Source: a virus | Taxonomy: Duplodnaviria; Caudoviricetes | IMG/VR virus record: IMGVR_UViG_3300025896_000059 | Span: 1-40,362 of that record | Direction: 5' to 3' (one strand) | Length of the DNA stretch: 40,362 nucleotides | Shown: positions 9,027 through 16,833 of the stretch, piece by piece | Position numbering within the stretch: position 1 is the first letter of the stretch | Layout: each line of letters opens with the position of its first letter | Program-made: the position numbers and the translations under genes | The notes under the pieces: model-generated | The model's database searches: none | The model's input: only the letters and a program-made list of their open reading frames with translations | Told to the model about the DNA's origin: nothing

Positions 9027-9057
9027 TGTGTTTCTCCTGTCGTTAGTTGGTAGTTGT

Positions 9058-9113
9058 AGTTAATCGGTTTGGTTAGTTCATGTCAAGCATTTTGTGGTGT
9101 GATGTTCGTCACA
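9058..9113 (-). promoter_or_regulatory. leftward promoter candidate with CRP-type box
   Basis: TGTGA-tgttcg-TCACA at 9098-9113; TTGACA at 9086-9081; -10 element weak. Confidence 0.6.
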
Positions 9114-9275
9114 CTACGGGGCAGGGTATCCAGCAGGACATCCAACCTGTTCGACCAAGCATGATTCGGGTATATCCCATACACCTATTGCACTTGATAC
9201 TCCAATCATCGCGCTAAGTATTAAGACATAAATAAAGATTGCTCTGACTTGTTTGCCTCGGCGTGTGAGTTTCAT
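9114..9275 (-). CDS. small membrane protein
   Basis: MKLTRRGKQVR followed by a TM helix; ATG 9275. Confidence 0.7.
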   Translation of the reverse strand: MKLTRRGKQVRAIFIYVLILSAMIGVSSAIGVWDIPESCLVEQVGCPAGYPAP

Positions 9276-9508
9276 TTGTAATCCTTTCTGTGTTGGCATG
9301 TGGATAGGGGGATGAGACAATCACCGCAGATTGTGACAGTTACTTTCGGTCTTAAGGCCTCACTTAATAAGAGCAAGATGTTTGTGCGTGTGCTCATGGT
9401 TGCTCGGTAGATGTTGTTCTCATAGAGGTGATACTCGTTAGCAATATGGCGTGCTTCCCATAGGTTGCCTTCGGTGTCTGAGCCTTGTGCTATGGATTGT
9501 GTGGTCAC
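9272..9508 (-). CDS. hypothetical protein
   Basis: GTG 9508 overlaps the upstream stop; C-terminal CGDCL...C.H. Confidence 0.6.
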   Translation of the reverse strand: MTTQSIAQGSDTEGNLWEARHIANEYHLYENNIYRATMSTRTNILLLLSEALRPKVTVTICGDCLIPLSTCQHRKDYK

Positions 9509-10065
9509 GATGCCACCGCCATGACTGAGGGCAGGCTGGCCTTGAGTGCGTTGGTAATCTTCTGCATTTCCTCGACACTGAATCCACCTAGTGTGTTCCA
9601 AGATGAGCAGTGGTCGCCAGTAATCTGACTTAAGACAGTATAGAACTCTGCCTTGATTGGTTCTTCTTGCTTGGCTTGGTTGCGCTTGGCGATACGAACA
9701 AGGCGCTCGGCTCTGATGTCCTTAGTCCAGCGACCCTTACGCTTTTGGTGCATGTCTTTAATGATTGGCCAGTACTCGCCTCGAATATCCATAAGGCGAA
9801 AGTCTGTGCGTGGGCAGTTGGTATAAAGCCCGTCTGTCTTGTGAGTTGGGCACTCTTTACCAAAGGTTGAGCACTTGGTCATCCATATAACGCTTGCGCT
9901 TTTGTATGAAGTCTTAGGCTGTCCGTCTGATTCAAAGACTACATAGTGGCGATTGTATTCGTGATTTTTGTGTGTCTTAAACACTGAGTCTTGATAGGTT
10001 TCCATGCCGTTATTGCGTGAGGTTGCATAGTAAGCAACGCCCGCTCTGAGTTCTGCTTTCTTCAC
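9505..10065 (-). CDS. hypothetical protein
   Basis: GACAGGAGA SD before GTG; 186 aa. Confidence 0.75.
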   Translation of the reverse strand: MKKAELRAGVAYYATSRNNGMETYQDSVFKTHKNHEYNRHYVVFESDGQPKTSYKSASVIWMTKCSTFGKECPTHKTDGLYTNCPRTDFRLMDIRGEYWPIIKDMHQKRKGRWTKDIRAERLVRIAKRNQAKQEEPIKAEFYTVLSQITGDHCSSWNTLGGFSVEEMQKITNALKASLPSVMAVAS

Positions 10066-10104
10066 TTGCTTCTCCTGTCTTGTAGGTAACGGGATTGTTA
10101 CCAG

Positions 10105-10151
10105 TGCCTCAATGGTGGCATGAACACCGCGGTTTCTTCAACATTTGAGGC
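10105..10151 (-). ncRNA. tRNA-like mini-structure A (putative)
   Basis: GCCUCAA/UUGAGGC stem + A; GGUG-UUCAUGC-CACC arm. Confidence 0.35.
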
Positions 10152-10167
10152 TGTGATTTGCATCACA
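10152..10167. promoter_or_regulatory. CRP-type box TGTGA-tttgca-TCACA
   Basis: Perfect consensus, intergenic. Confidence 0.7.
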
Positions 10168-10182
10168 TGTTTTTATTCTGTC

Positions 10183-10347
10183 TTAAGCCACAACTTTCTG
10201 AACTCGCTTGAACTTTCTGATTCGGTCATGGTTCCTCTTAAGGTATCCTGAGAAATCTGCCTCATGTAGAAAGCCCTCAATTTCTGACCAATCATGACCA
10301 TTCACTGAGTAATAAATCTCAACATAGAAATGATTAAGTTGGGTCAT
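10183..10347 (-). CDS. hypothetical protein, 54 aa (not in ORF track)
   Basis: MTQLNHFYVEIYY...KVVA; start 3 nt after the upstream stop. Confidence 0.65.
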   Translation of the reverse strand: MTQLNHFYVEIYYSVNGHDWSEIEGFLHEADFSGYLKRNHDRIRKFKRVQKVVA

Positions 10348-10350
10348 GTC

Positions 10351-10662
10351 TTAAGCCTCGCTTTCTTTCGTGATGTAGTGGCGGGCGATTCGGTCAAAGG
10401 CACTAGACCCCCAGCCGTTGAGCATTTGGCTCATGATGTCAATCGTCACGCTTTCAACCTCGCCACTCTGTCTTAAGACATCAACTGCCTTGGCTATCTG
10501 TTCCGCCCAGCCTTCGCGCATTGTGTCGCTGATTGCGCTCATGCTTTCCTTCTTGGCGCGTACCATGTCAATGGTTTCAAAGTATGCTTCGCGGTCGTTA
10601 TCAACTACGAGGGTGAAATCATGGACGAATTGGTCAACGGCAAACGGTGTTTCTAGTGTCAT
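10351..10662 (-). CDS. hypothetical protein
   Basis: GACAGGAGA SD. Confidence 0.75.
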   Translation of the reverse strand: MTLETPFAVDQFVHDFTLVVDNDREAYFETIDMVRAKKESMSAISDTMREGWAEQIAKAVDVLRQSGEVESVTIDIMSQMLNGWGSSAFDRIARHYITKESEA

Positions 10663-10762
10663 TTTCTATCTCCTGTCTTAATACACAAGAAGAACGGTTC
10701 CCCTTGTGGTTTTGCTTGGTGTAATCATCCCACCGAATCGGGCAATTCCTTGCCATTTCCGA

Positions 10763-10778
10763 TGTGATGTTCATCACA
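10763..10778. promoter_or_regulatory. CRP-type box TGTGA-tgttca-TCACA
   Basis: Perfect consensus, intergenic. Confidence 0.7.
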
Positions 10779-10808
10779 CCTAACCCTCTACCTTAGGTTG
10801 AGAGTTCG

Positions 10809-10853
10809 TGCCCCCGTGAGTCGTGAACTCGCGCCGACTTATCGGGCGGGGGC
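10809..10853 (-). ncRNA. tRNA-like mini-structure B (putative)
   Basis: GCCCCCG/CGGGGGC stem + A; CCGA-UAAG-UCGG and GAG-UUCACGA-CUC arms. Confidence 0.35.
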
Positions 10854-10861
10854 TTTCTGTC

Positions 10862-11038
10862 TTAAGACAGTTTTGCTTTCTCCTTTTCCATCATGGCGCT
10901 AATCTTCACGATTGGAATAATGATTGCGCATTTCTCGGCTGGTGTGCCTAGGTCTGCTGCTAAATCATCATAAGCCTTGTCTAAAATCTCCTTGATTGTT
11001 TCCATGTCCTTGATTGTTAGTTTCATTCTCTGAGCCAT
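10862..11038 (-). CDS. hypothetical protein, 58 aa (not in ORF track)
   Basis: MAQRMKLTIKDMETIKEIL...; GACAGGAGA SD. Confidence 0.7.
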   Translation of the reverse strand: MAQRMKLTIKDMETIKEILDKAYDDLAADLGTPAEKCAIIIPIVKISAMMEKEKAKLS

Positions 11039-11059
11039 TTTTTTTCTCCTGTCTTAAGT

Positions 11060-11093
11060 AAGGGAGGGGGCGGGCTTTCCGCCCCTCTCCTTT
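11060..11093 (-). terminator. GC-rich intergenic hairpin (weak terminator or processing site)
   Basis: GGGAGGGGGCGG / CCGCCCCTCTCC. Confidence 0.5.
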
Positions 11094-11101
11094 CTTCTGT
11101 C

Positions 11102-11740
11102 TTAAGCGCTGAACGCTGTCTGACATAGGGCGCAGATTACGCCCGCTTCAATCACACCGCGAGAGGCGCGGATTACCTGCTCACAACCACACACCGCCTT
11201 GAGGAGGTTGGTGTTTCTGCCCTTAGGCTTGGCGCTTCCCTCGCCTGTTGCTGTTAGTTCTAGCGCCTTGGTGAGGATTCCTAGCGCCTTGCTCCAACGC
11301 TTGGCACCGAACTCGGTTAGCGATGTTGAGGCGTGTCCCTTGCCCTTGATTTCTTCGGTCTTAAGCCCTAACGCCTCCGCTTGAGCCTTGAACTTAGCGT
11401 TGTGATATTGGTTGCTTGAGCAATCTTCGATTCCATTCATGTGATTCATTGAATGTGCAACCTCATGCAAGAGAGTGCTCAAGAGTTCCTCGCCTGTTGT
11501 GAAATGCTCAAGATTGAAAGCGATTTCATTGAAAGATTCTGCCCCGTTTTGCCATGGTGTGTACGGGGTGAAATGTCCCTTTCTGCCCTTGAGGTCACGA
11601 GTCACGAGGAGAGTGGCGCGGGGTGCGCCTGTTTCGGTCTTAATCAACTCGTGAGCCTGTTCTAGCGCCTTGGTGAGAGTTGAGAGTGCTTCGGCCTTGG
11701 TTGCCTTGCCTGTTGCCTTGGTTGCTGTTGTTGCTGTCAT
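11102..11740 (-). CDS. SprT-like zinc metallopeptidase-domain protein
   Basis: LLHEVAH (HExxH), YHN..F, C-terminal CGC...CALC; ATG 11740 follows GACAGGAGA. Confidence 0.85.
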   Translation of the reverse strand: MTATTATKATGKATKAEALSTLTKALEQAHELIKTETGAPRATLLVTRDLKGRKGHFTPYTPWQNGAESFNEIAFNLEHFTTGEELLSTLLHEVAHSMNHMNGIEDCSSNQYHNAKFKAQAEALGLKTEEIKGKGHASTSLTEFGAKRWSKALGILTKALELTATGEGSAKPKGRNTNLLKAVCGCEQVIRASRGVIEAGVICALCQTAFSA

Positions 11741-11790
11741 TTGAATCATCTCCTGTCATGTCGTAAGTCCGATTTGAACTCACAAGGAGA

Positions 11791-11862
11791 TTTATACGCG
11801 CCTCCCTTGAGGCATGTCAAACACCGAACACGCTCAAATTGCCAAATGTGATGCAATTCACA
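11791..11862 (-). promoter_or_regulatory. main early leftward promoter with upstream CRP-type box
   Basis: TTGACA (11820-11815), 18 nt, TATAAA (11796-11791); TGTGA-tgcaat-TCACA at 11847-11862. Confidence 0.7.
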
Positions 11863-11903
11863 CCGATGAGCGTGAGGGCTTAGCCGTCTCGCATAGTGAG
11901 ACA

Positions 11904-12044
11904 CGCACACAAGCGCACACAAGGCCAAGCAATCCCCCCCCCGCGATTCATGCGGGCTTGTTCTAGTAATAGCGCACAAGCGAACTAGACCAAGCAAGAA
12001 CACAAGCAAGCAGGCAAGCAGATAGGGCAAGCAATAAAGCAAGG
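11904..12044 (+). repeat. short CAAGC / GCACACAAG repeats in the noncoding region
   Basis: CGCACACAAG x2; run CAAGCAAG..CAAGCAAGCAGGCAAGCA..GCAAGCA..AAGCAAG. Confidence 0.6.
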
Positions 12045-12400
12045 TGTGTTTTTAGGGGAGCGAATGACAGTGAGCGAACCCAGGGTTTTTAAATATGTGT
12101 GAAGTTATGTATATATGTAGGTAGTCACATAAGTTTGATAGGGGAGGGTGGCTCTGACCAGCACTTATAGTACAGTGGCTTAAGTCACAAAAAATAATTG
12201 CAAAAAAGATGTCCAATTAGTGTCCTCTGGACACCTAATACATAGTGTAAGGCTTTACATATTACGCCTTACCACTAAGCATTGGCAGCCCCATAGGCTG
12301 CCCCTACATTACGCCCTAACCTACGGCTTCCGCCTTGGGGCTACAGCCTACGGTTAGGAAAGGATAAACTGCGATTCTAACATAAAGCGGAATCGCTACT

Positions 12401-14269
12401 ATGCCTATGGAAAATAAAAGAGTTAACTCGCAAACTAAAAATGCGGATGCTATTAAAAAGCAAATTATAGAATTTCTGATGGAGGGCTACTCTGTCCAAA
12501 AGGCGATGGATGCTGTCGGTCGGTCCGTCAAGACCTACGAATACTACCGTAAGACCGATGAGACATTCCGTACCCAGATAGACAAAGTGCGGTCTATGAC
12601 CGCCCGTGGCGAACTACAGACAGGTACCGTAGAGGTGCCACCGTTTCCAGAGTTCTCATCCAGATACCTTGGGGTAGAAGTCTTTACCCATCAAAGACAC
12701 TGGATTGATTTACTGGAAGGTACACCCCCTTCCGATATACACCCTAGTATCATATATGAGCCTGGGGATAAAGATTTAATTATTATCAATACACCACCTG
12801 AGCACGCCAAGTCTACGACCATTACGGTCAACTACGCGCTCTACCAGATTTGCCGTAACCCTAACATCCGTATCTTGGTGGTGTCCAAGACTCAGGCTAT
12901 GGCGCAAAAGTTCCTGCTCTCCATTAAGAACAGACTCACCCATCCTCGTTATCAGGACTTACACCTTGCCTTTGGACCTCCAGGCGGCTTTGAAAAGAAC
13001 TCTGATTCGTGGAAGCAGGACCTTATTTACTTATCATCCGAGGCTCGTAACTCTGGTGAAAAGGACCCAACGGTGCAAGCCATTGGTATTCGTGGACATA
13101 TCTACGGTGCCCGTGCTGACCTAATTATCATGGACGACTGTGTTGACCATACCAACGCCCATGAATATGAAAAGCAGATTGACTGGATTCAATCCGAAGT
13201 TATGTCGCGTATTGACAATGACGGTGGTAAATTACTTGTCGTAGGCACACGCCTTCGCCCAAGAGACTTGTATTCAGAACTGCGCGACCCTATGCGCTAT
13301 CCAGATGAAACTTCCCCCTGGACATATTTTGCACAACCTGCCGTCTTGGAATTTAAAGATGAGTACCAGGACTGGGTAACGCTCTGGCCTAAGACCAATA
13401 TGGCACCTGTCTCTGGTAAGGGTATCTCCGATGAAGATGGACTCTATACCAAGTGGGATGGCGAGGCTTTGTCTAAAAAGCGAAGTCGTATGTCTCCCAA
13501 CTTGTGGGCAATGGTTTACCAACAGCAACAAGTTCATGAAGATTCAGCGTTCCCTGCTGCAGCAATCAAGGGCGTTATCAATGGCGCTCGCAACATTGGT
13601 TTGATTCCAAAGGGTAAGGCGGGCAACCGACATGAAGGCATGGATGGTCTGGTCATTGTGGCTGGACTGGACCCTGCTATGTCTGGTTATACCGCTGCTG
13701 TCTGTATTGCTTTAGATATTGCAACGCAGAAGCGTTATCTGTTAGATGTATCCAATGTACCTGGCATGAAGCCAGATGACATCAGAACTCTCATAAAAGA
13801 CTGGACTGATAAATACAAAATTTCTGAGTGGCGTGTTGAGAAAAATGCATTTCAAGCAATGCTTACCCAGGACCGTGAGGTACGGGAATACCTATCGGCT
13901 AGAGGTGCAACATTGCGTGAACACCATACAGGACAAAATAAATGGGACACCGACTTTGGTGTTGCATCTCTAACCACTTTATTCCATGGGTATGAAGAAG
14001 GAACTAACTTAATTGAGTTCCCTTCAACTCACTCATCAGAAGGACTCAAGGCTCTTATTGAGCAATTAGTTACCTGGTACCCCGATGCACCTAAGTCTCA
14101 AAAGACTGACTGCGTTATGGCTTTCTGGTTTACAGAACTTGCCGTTCGTGACCGCATCAATAGTGCAAATGTTTATGCACGCAACCATACCCGTCAATCT
14201 ATGTTCCACACACGGTATGACAAATCTCAGCAATCAACAATTTCTTTATCCGATTTAATGACAATCTAA
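12401..14269 (+). CDS. terL: terminase large subunit with N-terminal HTH extension
   Basis: Walker A-like PPEHAKST, GARADLIIMDD, GTR, nuclease GLDPA, VEKNAFQ, DCVMA. Confidence 0.92.
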   Translation: MPMENKRVNSQTKNADAIKKQIIEFLMEGYSVQKAMDAVGRSVKTYEYYRKTDETFRTQIDKVRSMTARGELQTGTVEVPPFPEFSSRYLGVEVFTHQRHWIDLLEGTPPSDIHPSIIYEPGDKDLIIINTPPEHAKSTTITVNYALYQICRNPNIRILVVSKTQAMAQKFLLSIKNRLTHPRYQDLHLAFGPPGGFEKNSDSWKQDLIYLSSEARNSGEKDPTVQAIGIRGHIYGARADLIIMDDCVDHTNAHEYEKQIDWIQSEVMSRIDNDGGKLLVVGTRLRPRDLYSELRDPMRYPDETSPWTYFAQPAVLEFKDEYQDWVTLWPKTNMAPVSGKGISDEDGLYTKWDGEALSKKRSRMSPNLWAMVYQQQQVHEDSAFPAAAIKGVINGARNIGLIPKGKAGNRHEGMDGLVIVAGLDPAMSGYTAAVCIALDIATQKRYLLDVSNVPGMKPDDIRTLIKDWTDKYKISEWRVEKNAFQAMLTQDREVREYLSARGATLREHHTGQNKWDTDFGVASLTTLFHGYEEGTNLIEFPSTHSSEGLKALIEQLVTWYPDAPKSQKTDCVMAFWFTELAVRDRINSANVYARNHTRQSMFHTRYDKSQQSTISLSDLMTI

Positions 14270-14287
14270 CAAAGGTAGGAGGTGAAC

Positions 14288-16102
14288 ATGGCGCTATCTA
14301 TTGACGAAATCAAAGATACCTACGACCGTTATCGCCGTATGTACGATGACCGTGACCAGAGAATGAATCAAGTTCTTTTGGTTCGTCAAGGCAGGATGCG
14401 TGATGTCTACCCAGATTTATTCCCCGATGGTCCTTTTGAGAATCCAATCGTTGCGAATATGGTGGATGTTGCAGCCCGCGACTTGGCAGAAACAATTGCA
14501 CCGCTACCTGCGTTTAACTGCAACTCTACATCTATGGTGTCTGAGGCAGTGCGCCGTAAGGCTGACAAGCGTGAAGAAATCGTTAACGGCATTGTTGACT
14601 TTTCTGATTTGCAATCACAGATGTTTAACGCAGCAGACCGTTATGTAACCTACGGATTTGTACCTGCAGTAGTTGAAGTTGATTATGAAGCACAGATGCC
14701 ACGCATCCGTTTTATGGATTCAATTGGTTCATACCCAGTCATTGACCGCTTTGGTCGTTGCACAATGTTCTTCCAACGCATTAACAAGCCAACTCAGGAA
14801 CTGATGTCTCAGTATCCAGAGATTGCACACTTGATTTATGACAAGAATACACAGTCAACTATGTCTGAGGTTGTGCGTTTCCATGATGCAGACCAAGATG
14901 TTTTGTTCTTGCCTCAGCGCAGTAACCTTGTTCTTGACCGTGCTCCAAACCCAATGGGTGAATGTATGGTTCGCGTTGTACGCCGACCATCTATTGATGA
15001 CCAATCACGAGGACAGTTTGATGATGCACTAGCAATTCAAGTTGCTAAGGCTCGTTACGCACTGCTTTCTTTGGAAGCAGCAACCAAATCAGTACAGGCA
15101 CCTATCGCAATGCCTCAAGATGTACAGGAGTTAGCCCTTGGACCAGATGCAATTATGCGTTCCAGCAAGCCTAATGAAATTCGCAGAGTCCCGCTCGAAC
15201 TACCTGCAAATACTTTCCAACAGCAGCATGTTCTTGAAAGCGAATTACGCTTAGGTATCCGTTTTCCAGAGACTCGCACAGGTAATTCAGATGCTTCTAT
15301 CATCACAGGCCGTGGTGTTCAGGCTCTTATGGGTGGTTTTGATACACAAATCAAGACAGCACACTCAATGTTTGCCCGTGCATTTACAGAGTTGATGGCT
15401 TTAGCACTTAAGACAGATGAAAAGATTTTTGGTAAGCAGGAAAAAACACTAGAAGGTATCTTTAATGGCACCCCGTACAACATTAAGTACAAGCCTGCCA
15501 AAGATATTGACGGCGATTACACAGTTGATGTGCAGTATGGTTTGATGGCTGGCCTTGACCCCAACCGTGCGTTGGTGTTTGGTCTACAGGCTCGTGGAGA
15601 TAAGTTAATTTCCCGTGATTTCCTACGCCGTCAGATGCCATTTAACTTCAATGCAACTCAAGAAGAAGAAAAAGTTGAAACAGAAGAACTGCGTGATGCA
15701 ATGAAACAGGCTATTGCCTCTTATGCACAAGCAATTCCAGCACTTGCCTCACAAGGACAAGACCCATCAGACATTTTGATGAAACTTTCTACCGTAATTA
15801 GCGAACGCCAAAAAGGAACAGCAATTGAAGTTGCTATTCAAAAGGCGTGGGCTCCTAAGAATCCCCCTCCTGCTGCTACCCCTGCAGAAGTAAGTCCTCT
15901 TATGGGGCAACCAGGTGAGGTTCCAGCAGGTGCGGGGCAAGAACTACCTCAAGGCTTAGCGCCTACAGGTCGTATGCAAGGAGTGGCAGCAGGACAGATG
16001 GCACCAGGCGGTCGTCCTGACATTCAATCGCTACTAGCAGGTTTAACCCAACGGGGAGAGCCTAATTTACAGGCATCTCTTATCAAACGCTTACCCGCTT
16101 AG
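14288..16102 (+). CDS. portal protein
   Basis: Follows terminase, ~600 aa, Pro/Gln/Gly-rich tail; SD AGGAGGTGA favours ATG 14288. Confidence 0.85.
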   Translation: MALSIDEIKDTYDRYRRMYDDRDQRMNQVLLVRQGRMRDVYPDLFPDGPFENPIVANMVDVAARDLAETIAPLPAFNCNSTSMVSEAVRRKADKREEIVNGIVDFSDLQSQMFNAADRYVTYGFVPAVVEVDYEAQMPRIRFMDSIGSYPVIDRFGRCTMFFQRINKPTQELMSQYPEIAHLIYDKNTQSTMSEVVRFHDADQDVLFLPQRSNLVLDRAPNPMGECMVRVVRRPSIDDQSRGQFDDALAIQVAKARYALLSLEAATKSVQAPIAMPQDVQELALGPDAIMRSSKPNEIRRVPLELPANTFQQQHVLESELRLGIRFPETRTGNSDASIITGRGVQALMGGFDTQIKTAHSMFARAFTELMALALKTDEKIFGKQEKTLEGIFNGTPYNIKYKPAKDIDGDYTVDVQYGLMAGLDPNRALVFGLQARGDKLISRDFLRRQMPFNFNATQEEEKVETEELRDAMKQAIASYAQAIPALASQGQDPSDILMKLSTVISERQKGTAIEVAIQKAWAPKNPPPAATPAEVSPLMGQPGEVPAGAGQELPQGLAPTGRMQGVAAGQMAPGGRPDIQSLLAGLTQRGEPNLQASLIKRLPA

Positions 16103-16118
16103 GAGGAGGTGAAAAAAT

Positions 16119-16313
16119 ATGGCATTTGGAAACCCAGTAAAGCCAAAGAACCAACCAGGAAAGGCATCAAAGCCTGCTAACCAGGGTGGTGCAGGACAAT
16201 CTAAGGCAACAACTTCTGGACCAATCAAGACAGGTACCCCTAAGGGCGGTAAGCCTAAGGCATCAGTAACGATGTTAACAAAGCAACCATCTGGTACTCG
16301 CGGTTCAAACTAA
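16119..16313 (+). CDS. small basic K/G/P-rich protein
   Basis: Strong SD GGAGGTGA. Confidence 0.75.
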   Translation: MAFGNPVKPKNQPGKASKPANQGGAGQSKATTSGPIKTGTPKGGKPKASVTMLTKQPSGTRGSN

Positions 16314-16318
16314 TCCAT

Positions 16319-16346
16319 AATCCTGGACATGATTTAAAACTGTCCA
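16319..16346 (+). promoter_or_regulatory. H-type RNA pseudoknot, copy 1 (putative)
   Basis: S1 AAUC/GAUU, S2 UGGACA/UGUCCA; covaries with 35312-35339. Confidence 0.6.
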
Positions 16347-16380
16347 CCCAAATACCGCTCTTATAGCGAAGGATAAAACA

Positions 16381-16833
16381 ATGGCAGTAGAAGCAGCAAA
16401 GAATTTTTCAGTCTCCGCCGTAGGTGGCGCAGGTAGTGCAGGACAGGCATCTCAATATGCTGTTGGCATTGACCGTGCACAAGACTTTATGGAATTACAG
16501 TCATCTGCAAAGATGAATAAATCAGGTGTATCGCTCCCTCAGGGTCGTAGCGGTGGAGCACCTGTAATGGACATGGCGGAAAAGCGCCCTACTCTTAATG
16601 AACTTAAAGGTACTGACCCAAACGCAGTTACCGCTGGTGCTGCTATGGATGCAACAACACCAGGACCAGAAGTTCTAGCCTCAACTGCAGGACTTGCAGC
16701 ACAGACAGATGAAGATATGGCTAAGTTAGCAGCACTTCTTCCTGTCTATGCTCGTATTGCAGAAATGCCTGGAGCAAGCAATGCAACTCGTAACTACTAT
16801 CGTTGGCTTAGAAGTCAAGTGACAGCCGTATGA
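16381..16833 (+). CDS. hypothetical virion-associated protein
   Basis: Position; ATGA overlap with the next gene. Confidence 0.7.
   Translation: MAVEAAKNFSVSAVGGAGSAGQASQYAVGIDRAQDFMELQSSAKMNKSGVSLPQGRSGGAPVMDMAEKRPTLNELKGTDPNAVTAGAAMDATTPGPEVLASTAGLAAQTDEDMAKLAALLPVYARIAEMPGASNATRNYYRWLRSQVTAV

Larger units (their letters stand above)
7475..11643 (-). repeat. dispersed TTAAGAC motif array (~22 sites; full palindrome TGTCTTAAGACA)
   Basis: 19 GTCTTAA and 3 additional TTAAGAC on the + strand, counted by eye. Confidence 0.9.

Noticed and set aside
10105-10853. True tRNA genes
   Set aside because: Too short, with no anticodon arm or CCA; kept only as tRNA-like structures.
7475-11643. TTAAGAC sites as a CRISPR or mini-array, together with the Cas4-like gene
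   Set aside because: The repeat is only 7-9 bp, irregularly spaced and often in coding sequence; stand-alone Cas4-like nucleases are ordinary phage recombination genes.
11746-12042. 98-aa minus-strand ORF
   Set aside because: Arises from the CAAGC repeats, overlaps the promoter and CRP box, and has no SD.
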